From contig QPGO01000169.1 of NCBI GenBank assembly GCA_008632985.1, forward strand, positions 1 to 64,000: a DNA stretch of 64,000 bases. Direction: 5' to 3'. The position numbers and the translations under genes are program-made. The stretch comes from Psammoneis japonica (Eukaryota). Of the stretch, positions 38,830 to 49,252 are shown piece by piece. Position 1 is the first letter of the stretch, and every line of letters begins with the position of its first letter. Under the pieces are notes generated by a model. It did not search any database and was not told where the DNA came from. It worked only from the letters and a program-made list of their open reading frames with translations.

Positions 38830-39765
38830 TTAGTTGTCAAAACAACCCACATCAAATGGTGAGCAACCCATCATGAGGGCCAACTGTGTGATGTTGGCCA
38901 TGGCATGAAACACATGGCAATGTGTTTCCTTCGCATGGCGGTGTCTTTTGTTGAGTGTTCCGAAATGCTTGAACCATCCATTGACAGCCTCATGCCTTGC
39001 CCTTGCTGTTGTTTTCATGGCCTCGTCTGCATTTCTTAGGCCGGATGGAGTCGAGCTGCACTGGCTCCCGTTGCTGCAGCCACCGTCGGCTGGACACATC
39101 TCGCCGTCTTCAAGCTCTTCAATGATCCATTCACGAGCAATGTTCAGATCCGGCAACCCAGCTGGGTGCGGCCCATTGACCCAAACAATCCACCCTGTCT
39201 GAATGCATGTTCCAATTTCACACCGCAGACCAGCACCGTGGAATTTGTGGGAGAACCACATTGGATCGAATGGTGATGGCTCGTAGATTCTGAAATCAGT
39301 GCCGTCGAGTGTCACCAAACATCTGCTGCCGTTGTCATCAATGAAGCGGTCTTCCCAGTGAATCTAAGAACAAGGTGTCAGTCTGTTTGTTTCATGCATG
39401 CAAGTCCCATCTGGAATGGCACACACCAAATTTAACTGTCCAACAAGTTGAATTCCGACCCAAACCCATTTTCTCAGCATGTCTTCATGGATTTTATTAC
39501 AGATGCCAGCAACGACTGTCTCAGATTCATGCAATTTGAGAAAGCAAAGGGTGCAGAGCATGTGAATGGGCAAAAAACCTCGTGGTGTTTTCCCATCGTC
39601 AAGGAGAAGCCCCCACAACTCAGATGCTGCTTCTTCTGGGGTACAGAAGTGTGATGCGAACCGACGTTTCCACACTGCAGTTGACCCTTTTGGCTTCTGA
39701 ATGATCGTCTGTGCAAGCACTCTACGGCCTCTTTGGGCAGTCTCATGACAAGTGATTGGCAACAT
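38830..39765 (-). pseudogene. PIF/Harbinger (DDE_Tnp_4-like) transposase; intron 39364..39426
   Basis: IHWEDRF...VTLDGTDFRI...FSHKFHGAGLR(C)EIG...ADGG(C)...ARARHEAVNGWFKHF, with Cys/His at normally Tyr positions. Confidence 0.9.
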
Positions 39766-40684
39766 GCCACAGTGTGTTGCTTTAGTCTTTTCTCTGTTGC
39801 ACCGTTTGTGCTAGTCTCTACTGCCAGCAGCTAGTCTCTGGTCTCTAGCTGGCCACTCTAGAGCAGCAGTTGTTTTATATTTGACAATTATGTTTTGTCG
39901 TCTTCACGCAGTTGGGGTTCTCATTAGAAGAGGCCTTTGGTGAGATTCCGTCGTGTTTGAAGAAAATACGAAAAAAATACGATTCGGGTGTGGTTTCCGA
40001 ATGGTGACTTCGGGACGTTCGCAATGGGCAACTTTGGGCGTCGTTTTGTCAACCGGAACACGGTAGAATGACCATTCCAAAGCGTGCTCTCAGCTCAACT
40101 AACACAGCAGTTTACATGCAACATGTGATGCAGAATTTTACAACCACAATCCATTGTTGGTGGGGCATTAAAAAAGCATTCTTATTCTACAAATCGAAAT
40201 GAAATCGCCTTTTCACAGACGAAAAGCGCACGGAAACATGCTAATGAAAAGCCAAAATAAACATCAGGAGCTAGTTTACCATCAGTGCTGTCGCAAATGC
40301 ACGCCGAAGCTTAGGATTCAGCCACTCATTCTTCAGTTGAGTGGGTCCAAAGTCATCGTTCTGGAGCTGAAAATCGTTTGGGTGTGATTTGGGAACGATT
40401 TTTGCATGGTCTCGGAACGTTTTTCGTGTGGTCTTGAGGGAATCTTCGTTGTCAAGAGGCCCTTTCTCAATGTTGGCGGTTGGTGTTTTCTCAAATCTCA
40501 TTTTGGCGGTTGGAATTTATTCAAATTTGAAAAGAGCATCCCGCGGACAGTGGTGAGGTAAGTTGGTCGTGACCCATTCAAAAATGGGGTTCTCATTGCT
40601 GCCCGTCAACGCGAACGCTGATCTTGACGACTCTCGACTGTGCACCATCAATCCTCTCATAAAAAAGAGAAAACCAAAGAAACC

Positions 40685-41803
40685 ATGCCCAAACTCAACC
40701 AACGAACCAAATCGGTTCTTGACACTGAGGCCGCCGGCCCCCTTCGAGCAGTGTGGCGCAAGGGGTCCGCCGACTGCAAGCTCTTGAAGGAGATGCTGAT
40801 GGATGGGAGGGCAAGCGCTGGAGCGATGCCAAAAGAGATCCAGCAGATGCGCGCAGAGTTCATGCGCCATCCACTGGACAAGTTCCGCACTGGCTTGCAC
40901 AGGCTCAAAGACGAAACCGGGTTCAATCTTCGTCAAACGATGAACGACAGCAATGAGAACCCTGACGGTGAGTTTTGATTTTCACCGCATTCGCACATGT
41001 GTTCGAAATAAATGTGAGTGACGTCACTGTGTTGCTGACGCGTGCATTTTCATTTGACCGCGTCGCGCGGTGTTCTTTTTTTTCATCTGGCCACAGACAC
41101 CGACGACGGTGACGAAGAGCTGTTCTCGGGTGGCCTTGACAGCACTCGTCAGACGGTGTCGGCTCCAGCTCCTGCAAACAACAACGATGCAGCTGCTGTC
41201 ATGAATGGAGCTGGTGTTGCTTCTGTGATGGAGGCACATGGTGGTGGGCAAGGAGGTTCTTGGAAAAGCTTCAAGCCCATGGTTTTGCAAGCCACTTGCA
41301 AGGACTCTGTCACCAAGACCAATCATGTCGTGTTGGTTGTTGTGGCTCCATCTGGTGTTTGCACCACGGACCTTTCTGGCATCCAGCTGTCTGTTGTGAG
41401 CAATGGGTGGATGCTCAGCTGCGTTTCCCAGTGGCCACAGCACTCCATGGACATGGACGCTCTCCACGCAGTTCTCCTTGATGAAGCCACTGCCCAAGGG
41501 GGAAACCACGGTGGCGATGATGAACTCCGTGACATCTGCAAGCGCCTTGAAGCTCTTTCAGATGAGCTGTCTTCAATGAGGCAGTCTGACTCTGAGGTCC
41601 TGTCTTCCACATCCCTTGTGCCCTTGCCAATCCAGGTCTCCAGGAAAATCAACAAGGTTCATTTGTTGGGTGGTCGCGATGGGTCCAGGATCATTTGTGT
41701 GGACCTCAAGTCGGAAGATTCGACATGCTGCGCTATGGAGAATCCAAAAGTCAAGTTGATTGATGCCACAGGCGACGGTGTTGGACTCATTGGCTGCAAT
41801 TAG
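40685..41803 (+). pseudogene. Accessory ORF of the Harbinger element; intron 40968..41096
   Basis: MPKLNQ...ENPD joins DTDDGDEE in frame across a GTGAGT...CACAG intron. Divergent from the transposase and Tyr-free. Confidence 0.55.
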
Positions 41804-42560
41804 GAGCTGGACGCCAGCGGACAGGATGCACATGCATTTGACACAATGCACAGATTGGGATTTGGGGTCATTGGCAACTGGTTGGTGCAACAAAATGTTC
41901 TTTCAATGACAGTCTTAGCACAGCTGCTGCTGCAGCAGCAGCAGGGCCTGCTCCAGCCAGCAGAGCAGACTGCAGTTTGACTCGGTGATGAACTCGGCAG
42001 TGCGAGTGCAGCAGTGCTCACGCCTTTGGCTTTTCGCTGTTGCACGTGCGACGTGCGTGCGGCATGCTGGCAGTCATCGCAATCGTCTGCTCTCTTTCTC
42101 TGGCAGGTGCAGTGCAGTGCGGCTGCCCGGCACATGCAGTGGGTTCGTTTCTGCAGGGCCCTGCTCTCTCCACTCTAGCTGCCACTGGTAGTGGGACTAG
42201 TAGCCAGCTATCTGCGGCGCGGGCTGGTGGCGCCTTTTTAGGGAAAAAACGCGTGGAACCATGCGCAGACGTTTTTTCCTGCAACTCCCGGCGGTCCCCC
42301 TTAAAATGACATCACATGTTACGATCCGCGGGAGTGGTCCGAGTCATTCAGTCGTTACATTTGTGATCTCTGACGCGCGCTGGTGCTTCCGGTTTTATTC
42401 CGATCCGGGTCTTCCCAAGAATCTGCAGTGAACGCGGATGCAAAAGATATGTTGAAAGAACATCACACATCACGTTCACAATTTCTATTGTTGCCAGTTA
42501 TCAAGTATCCAGGTGAGTTCTCGTCACTCTAGTTTTTCTTTGTCGTTTCGTAAGAGACTT

Positions 42561-42701
42561 GAAAGTAGCGGCAGCACGTGCAGCAAGAGATTGGACATTG
42601 TATTCATATTCGTTGTTTTGCGATCGGGGTTGTGGAAAGTAGCGGTAGCACGTGTAGCAAGAGATTGTATTCAAATTCGTTGTTTTGCGATCGGGTTTGT
42701 G
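42561..42701. repeat. Tandem duplication (74 + 67 bp)
   Basis: GAAAGTAGCGGYAGCACGTGYAGCAAGAGATTG...TTCGTTGTTTTGCGATCGGGKTTGTG occurs twice. Confidence 0.9.
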
Positions 42702-42855
42702 GCGAGAGTTGTTGTTGGCGACATGTACGGATTTTTGCCTCCTTTTCGATCTCGTCACACGATACCAATCTCTCAACAGTGCCAGTATAACTTACGAATC
42801 TTCTTTTTGTCTCGGCGTTGTCTCCTGCGTGCTATTTATAGACCACAGAACAAGA

Positions 42856-44853
42856 ATGCAGCACCAACATTCCGCCAACCTCAAGGATGAGCCCGAGATA
42901 TCACCATCGATCAGTAGTACCGAGACAAAAGCGGAGATCAAGATGCGAGTAGAACAAGAGAAGCTTGGCCGTTTTAGTTCAGAGAAGCAAGAATGTGTGG
43001 ATGCGAATCGAACGACTCGAGCTCCTTCCCGTCGCGCTACGCCAGACCTGGATGATGATGTGATGCCCCCGACGTTGCCAAGCAGGACTCACCAGCACTC
43101 GTCGCTTTTTGCCAAGAAGCCTGAATACAACAAAGAGGATGGCGTAGAGAAGCAGGACATGTCCAAGGCTTCCCTTTCTGGGGCTATCCAGAGGCCAGGC
43201 AGCACGGACAGCATGCCGCCGCAGCAGTCGCAAAGCCAGAATAACCCTTCTTCCTGGTTATCTGGGAAGTCTCCTGAAGCAAACTGGAAAGACAGTCGCA
43301 ATAATGAGACAGTGCCCATAACGTCTCTTGCTGAGGTCTCGGATACACCTGTGCCAGGAGCTGTGCCTGTGTCTGGGATCAATCAGGCAGGTTCTGTAGC
43401 AGCAGCAGCAGCAGCTCGTCGAGCTTCACCTACACGTTCACTGGGTGAAAATGAGCGTTCTGGAGTCGTTGTTGCTGCAATAGTGACGCAGGAAGAGTTG
43501 GCGGATGAAGTCCGAGATCAAGTGCGGTCCGAAATCCACCAAGAACTTCGAGCTCAAATGCCAACAGCAAAAGCGGTCCCCGCGGACAAACATTGTTGGT
43601 CTTCATGGAGCAGGAAACAGAAACTGATTGCGGTTTGTCTACTTTTGCTTGCAATCATTGCTATTGTTGTCGGTGTCGTGCTCGGCACAGGCAATGATAG
43701 CGGTGGCTCCACAGAAGAAAATGTCTTTTCTATTGCACGACTACACAGTTCTCGTGTCGACGACATGTTTGGTAAATATGTTGTTTTTTCAAGAGATGGC
43801 TCAACCATGGCAGTCGGGGGACCAGGCAAAAGCTATGTCAGAACGTTTCAGAACATCAACAATAGCTGGAATGTTATCGGCGAGATACAAGGCAGTGGAG
43901 GGTTCGGCAGTAGGCTTGAATTGTCCAAGAACGGTACTGTAATGGTTGTCGGGGCTCCCGGTACAAGCGACGTGGCGGAGAATGCTGGCCAGGCTAGAGC
44001 TTTTCTATTTGATGGCTCCAATCGCTGGAACCAAATCGGCCAAAACCTGAACGGCTACAATGAAAGCGATTTCTATGGCTGGGACGTGGCCACCTCTGAT
44101 GACGGGCACATTGTAGCCGTTAGCGCACGTAAAGGTGATCCAAGTTCAGAGAAGGTCAATGCAGGGTATACCCGTGTCTTTGGTCTAAACTCTAGCTTGC
44201 TGTGGGAGCAAATAGGCTCTGACTTGAATGGTGAGAATCGCAGTGATCAATTCGGACGATCACTGGATATGAATGGAGACGGCCGCAGAGCAGCAGTTGG
44301 TGCTGTTCGAGGTAATGGTGGCACTGGCCGGATCACCGCGTTTGATTTTGTTCAAGGCGAGTGGAATAGAACAGGTCAGCCTCTCGATGGTGATAACGTG
44401 GAGGACTGGCAAGGCACTTCTCTTTCTTTGACAGGAGATGGGTCAGTCCTTGCGATTGCCGCCGATGGGACAGACACGAACGGAAACAATGCTGGCATGG
44501 TTCGAGTCTACCAACTTGTTGGATGTTGTGACTGGGTCCAACGTGGCCAGAATATTTTGGGAGAGAGTCAAAACGACCAGTTTGGAGCTGGCCATATCTC
44601 GCTGTCAGATGATGGTCAGTTGCTAGCCGTCGGCGCGCTTCACAACAGCAACAATACGGGGAAGGCGTACTTGTTTGAATATAACGACAACGATGAGTGG
44701 GAGCTTCTAGCTGAGGTATTTGGCGAGAACAAAGGCGACAAATTTGGCTTTTCTGTCAACTTGTCGGGAGATGGCTCGCTCTTTGCTGTCGGAGCCCCGA
44801 CCGCAGCAATCGGCTACGTGCGTGTGTACTCGGTGAAGCGCAAGTACTCGTAG
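42856..44853 (+). CDS. Type II membrane protein with extracellular FG-GAP/integrin-alpha-like beta-propeller repeats
   Basis: Disordered N-terminus with PGAVPV, TM helix LIAVCLLLLAIIAIVVGVVLG, then ~7 repeats of FG..V..S.DG...AVGAP. Confidence 0.88.
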   Translation: MQHQHSANLKDEPEISPSISSTETKAEIKMRVEQEKLGRFSSEKQECVDANRTTRAPSRRATPDLDDDVMPPTLPSRTHQHSSLFAKKPEYNKEDGVEKQDMSKASLSGAIQRPGSTDSMPPQQSQSQNNPSSWLSGKSPEANWKDSRNNETVPITSLAEVSDTPVPGAVPVSGINQAGSVAAAAAARRASPTRSLGENERSGVVVAAIVTQEELADEVRDQVRSEIHQELRAQMPTAKAVPADKHCWSSWSRKQKLIAVCLLLLAIIAIVVGVVLGTGNDSGGSTEENVFSIARLHSSRVDDMFGKYVVFSRDGSTMAVGGPGKSYVRTFQNINNSWNVIGEIQGSGGFGSRLELSKNGTVMVVGAPGTSDVAENAGQARAFLFDGSNRWNQIGQNLNGYNESDFYGWDVATSDDGHIVAVSARKGDPSSEKVNAGYTRVFGLNSSLLWEQIGSDLNGENRSDQFGRSLDMNGDGRRAAVGAVRGNGGTGRITAFDFVQGEWNRTGQPLDGDNVEDWQGTSLSLTGDGSVLAIAADGTDTNGNNAGMVRVYQLVGCCDWVQRGQNILGESQNDQFGAGHISLSDDGQLLAVGALHNSNNTGKAYLFEYNDNDEWELLAEVFGENKGDKFGFSVNLSGDGSLFAVGAPTAAIGYVRVYSVKRKYS

Positions 44854-45579
44854 CTTTGTGCCTAAGTCACTCTCTATCTAGTGCATAATTTGTATGTTGA
44901 AAACAAGAATTAGGGCTTTCTGTCTTGCACGGCATTTTACGTGCCGCAGACTCCCTTAGACTAACTTGTGTGCTGTGCCGACACAGCTCTAGAAGGCAGA
45001 TTGACGCACAGACTCAAGAGACATGCCCAGGGACACATTCGTCAATCGCTGGAGTAAGTCGTGCTCAAAGACATTGCTTTGCATTACCAGTGGAGGGAAA
45101 GGGTCCAACCAACTCTTGTTTGTGCAAAGAACATCTGTCTGATGCACACTGCAGAGGATTTTTGATGCCGTCCTTTTTTCTGTTCTTTTCACAAGCTGTC
45201 CATTGTCAAAGAAGAAGAACAGGCAATCACAAGCTGCATGACCAACAGCATGAAAGAGCAATCAGCACATTCTCACTGCTGTGACAAATCCTTTTCAGTG
45301 CTTTCCTTTGAAAGTTGGAGTGTCAAGCATGTCTCACATGCATGCCCGTTGCATCTGCCTGCTCTCAAGGTGTCTCTCCATTATTTTGTTGCAGCAGCAG
45401 CAGCAGCAGCCAAAGGTGGGTTGCAGCAGATGGTGAGTGTGCCCTGCAATCCATGGCAACTGAGCTTTTTGCATTTTTCTCTGCAGCTGAGAGCTGACAA
45501 CAGAAAAAATGTTGTGCAAAGCCACATGTTTGGTTTTTTGAAAAGCTCGGTGGTGCAGGTGACATTTGGGCAGCGTCAA

Positions 45580-45599
45580 TGTGTGTGTGTGTGTGTGTG

Positions 45600-45633
<34 letters not shown>

Positions 45634-45668
45634 GTGAGTGAGTGAGTGAGTGAGTGAGTGAGTGAGTG
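45580..45668. repeat. Compound microsatellite (TG)n(GA)n(GTGA)n
   Basis: Directly visible in the sequence. Confidence 0.97.
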
Positions 45669-47183
45669 GGCTGAGAGTGTGCCAAGAAGATGAGCACCTT
45701 GTTTGCTTCTGTGTTTGTGGTGACAGATGGCACCAGCTGGCTGGCGGTGCACGTCCAATGTCAGGATGTCAAGAAACAGCAGAAATTGCATGTCACAAAA
45801 AGCAACAGCTGGGGCAGCAACACAAAAGTGCTCAAAAAGAAGGTGACACAATTGTTGAAGATGGCCAATTGTTTGATGCACGCCAAAATTTGTTTGCTCA
45901 CTCTGGTGCCACAAGACTCAGCAGCCACTTTTGAGCACAAACATGATGTCCAGCACTCAGACACTCATCAGATTAAACAGCATTGTTGTGGACATCTCAA
46001 GAAGCACAAAGCACAAATTTGCATTTGAGGCATCATCAGTGGCTGACAGAGGGGGGAGCAGATGGCATGGCATTGGGGGAGAGCACAGTCTCTTTTTGCT
46101 CACACATTTTTTGAGCATGTGCTTTGTTTTGCTTTGGGATGAGTTGACCACACTCATGCCTTTGCTGCTGCTCAGTTAAATTTGTGGTGATGCACATTTG
46201 ATCTGCAGGGGCTCCACAGATCTGAAGGGAAGTTGGCTGCATTTTTAAGCTGAGCGAAAGCCTGGGGTGGGGGTTTCTGTCTTTTGCACATCATTTTTGA
46301 GCATCACAGATTCCCTCAAACTGACTCATGTGCTGCGCCTGCACAACTTTAGAAGGCACATTGAAGCACAGACCAGACATGCCCAAGGACACACTCCTCC
46401 TTAAGTGCCACACCGGGTTGTGATCAAAAACATGGCTTTGCATCACCAGTGGAGGGGAGAGGGTCATCCAACCAACTCTTGTTTTTGCAAAGAGTGTGTC
46501 AGCTGTCCATTGCCAAAGAAGAAGAAGAAGAAGAGACCATTGCACTTGCCACCATGGTCCTTCTCAGTGCCCCACTTTGAAAATTGGAGGTTCATTGCTT
46601 GTTTTCCCACTTTCAAGAAGATGTGCTTCATTTGACTGTGAGCACTGTCCATGGGTTGGCAGCAAACAAGAGAAGATCAAAATGGTGAACCAGAGTGTCA
46701 ACGTGTTGGAACAGCCTGGATTACTTACAAGGGAATGTCAAGGTCAGACTGTTGAGGTTTTCGAAAGCAGTGCCAGCTGGAAGGAACATGTGGACAGCAA
46801 AGTCATTGCTCAATTTTGTGGCATGAAAGGCTGGGAGAAGAAGGAGTGGGGAAACTTGAGGGTTTCTTTGATGTGGAAGCTGGTGGTGGCAACATTCTGC
46901 AGCTTGGAAGGAGCGCAAATAAACCCTGCCGATTCCAACACTTGTGACAGCCACGCAGATGCTTCCAACAGCAAGGGCAATGATTGCGCCATCCTCCAGC
47001 TAAATGCAGAGGTGTTGTTGTGCCTTCTTATACGAGTGAGTCCACCTTGGCGTCCTGGATCCACTTTGTTGCTCAGGTAAAACAAAAAGTACAATGTAAA
47101 CAAAAAAAGTAGAACGCAAACAACTATTATCACTACGCCGTCTACTAGCTACTCGTAGCTAGCTGCTTGAGTTGAAAGTGGCA

Positions 47184-48900
47184 CTATGTGGTATCAGGAG
47201 CTCGTGCCTTCTTGGCTGATGGCGCACCCGTAACTTGCTGCTCCTCTATGTACTTTTCGGCAACACACACTTCAGTGAATTCTGTCGATGGATCTTGAGG
47301 GAGCGCTTCGGAAATTGAAACACCGAGCAATTCCGTTTGGTTACTTTCTCCCAACAAAAGCCAACCCCGTGTTTTCTTAATGTCAACGTGACCGCCATCG
47401 GCGCCAACACGATACTTTCGGCATTTTCCTTCCAACCAGACAGATAGACCTATTCCTTCGTCGGCGTCTTCGTTGGGGCATTTGCTGCCTTGTTTGCACT
47501 GATAGCCAGCCACTGCCTTCCATTCGCCAGAGATTCTGTGCAAGACAAAAAAATCATAAACAGGAAAAGAAGCAAGGAGGGGTACCGCCACCACCTGTTT
47601 GACGTTCCGCCGACGAGCGAACTGGCGATCAATGGAGGCAACGATTTGTTGTACGGTGGTTGCCTCCACCCCAACATAGAAGAGCTCGGTTGCTTCGAAT
47701 GCTTCGACACCGGCCTCTGCAATGACCTTGCTATTACGAGGAACAAGATCGTGTTCCAATCCAGTCATCAACCGTATAAGGATCGCCAGCTGGGTAAGCG
47801 CTTCAAAGGCCTTCGCTTCATCAATACTAGGGTGCTGCAAAGTGGCCGTAAGCTGCCTGTAGTCTTTCCCCAGGACTCTTTCTTGGGCAATCATGAAGGC
47901 AGGCCATGCATATTTAGGTGTTTGGTTGCTTTGAGTGAATCTTTCGCTCATGTATGAATACGCTCGGAATAGATTGCGGGCGTTGTTGGCGAGGGAGGAA
48001 ATGTCACCAGAAATAGTAGCCTTGAGACATTTGATGCGCTCGTCTTTGCCATCATCGTCCAGAAATATATCGTCCGTGTATTCAGCAATCGTTCCAGAAT
48101 CTTGCAAGACCAATGCAGGAAGTCGCCCACGTAGGACGGCAGTCCAAAAAGAAGCCTCTTCCGTCGGATCCTTGTAAAGGCCACGAAGACAATTTTCATT
48201 CACGATCCGTGGAATTTGTTTCCAAATGTGTCGGCGCCGCGACAAGGTGAGATCACAATCGTTTGCGACACGTCCTCTCAGCAAATCAGCTGTACTACGC
48301 TTGTGAGTTGAGTATAGCAAAGCGCATCCAACTCGCTGGACGATATTGGCGACAAGTGCGCTCATATCATCGTACCGGGGTGCGGTGTGAGGAATGATGT
48401 TAAGCTCGTCCACGATGAGAATAACTTTCTTGTCCGTCAGCCAGTCATCAACAGCACCAAAGTCGCTGTGTTTTTGTCTGAAACTTATGAAGGACTTCAC
48501 AGTTCGATCGGTGAGCTCCCACGCAATTCTAGAAAGGATGGCATCGTAGGCTGACTCTTCGGCCCGAGCGTATGGTGTCACGCTATTGAGGGATATGAAG
48601 ATGATCATCGTATCTAATGGGAGCCTATTGCCTTTGCGGCGCTCCAGCATACTGGCGACAGCATGAAGCATAAACGTCTTCCCTCCTCGACGACAACGCT
48701 GAATAGCCACAGGAGCAGATCGCTTGGTGCATTCAGATTCATCTAGAGATGCCTCCTCGATCAGAGCTGAAACTGTGCCCTCGAACTCGCCATGGTTAAC
48801 AGGGTTAACCGGTTTGCATAGTTTACGGAATTCAGCTCCAAAATCTCTTGTGGGGTTTGCGCCATCAGGTACTATAAAACTAGTAGTGTCTGACACCATG
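47184..48900 (-). CDS. Crinkler/RHS-like protein: divergent P-loop NTPase + C-terminal restriction-endonuclease-fold domain
   Basis: Walker A-like RCRRGGKT, Walker B ILIVDE, then AFEAL...FPVYDFFV...GYQCK. Likely start MVSDTT at 48900. Confidence 0.72.
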
Positions 48901-48999
48901 GTGTTGCTTGTTCGTGATGAGAATGACCGACTGGTGTCTCTCCAACGTGAGGGGAGCTGCCTGGCGGCTGGAGGTGTTTGGCCGTGTCGCCTGGCGAGA

Positions 49000-49252
49000 T
49001 TCATCGTGGAACCCCGCAAATACGCGGGGACCCTCCTGTAGAGGTCTACGCGCATTTTTGTATGTGGTACAAAAACATGTAGCCTACATACGCAAAACTG
49101 GTACAGTTTCTACGACAAAATTTCGAAAAAACGCCTAGTTCGCGAGATAGCTCTGGTACAAAACCTACGTAAAAAGTCCCCATACATGCACGTACAACTC
49201 TACACATTTCCGGGTTGCGGGTCCCCGCGTATTTGTGGGGTTCCACGATGAA
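49000..49252. mobile_element. Intact palindromic MITE-like element, ~34-bp TIRs
   Basis: TTCATCGTGGAACCCCGCAAATACGCGGGGACCC ... GGGTCCCCGCGTATTTGTGGGGTTCCACGATGAA, with GA on both flanks. Confidence 0.88.

Larger units (their letters stand above)
37709..42300. mobile_element. PIF/Harbinger-type DNA transposon (~4.6 kb) with two divergent ORFs
   Basis: Ends TTAA|GGCGGACCGTCGG and CCGGCGGTCCCCC|TTAA. Subterminal GGGAGTTGCAGGAAAAAAC (~38105) is inverted at ~42271-42289. Contains a Harbinger transposase. Confidence 0.65.

Noticed and set aside
42317..42778. Possible solo LTR starting TGTTACGATCCGCGGGA, with a similar inverted motif at ~36240-36257
   Set aside because: I found no matching target-site duplication or convincing 3' end.
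48901..49055. N-terminal extension of the 623-aa ORF
   Set aside because: It reads through the MITE arm from a non-ATG start. MVSDTT at 48900 is the more plausible start.
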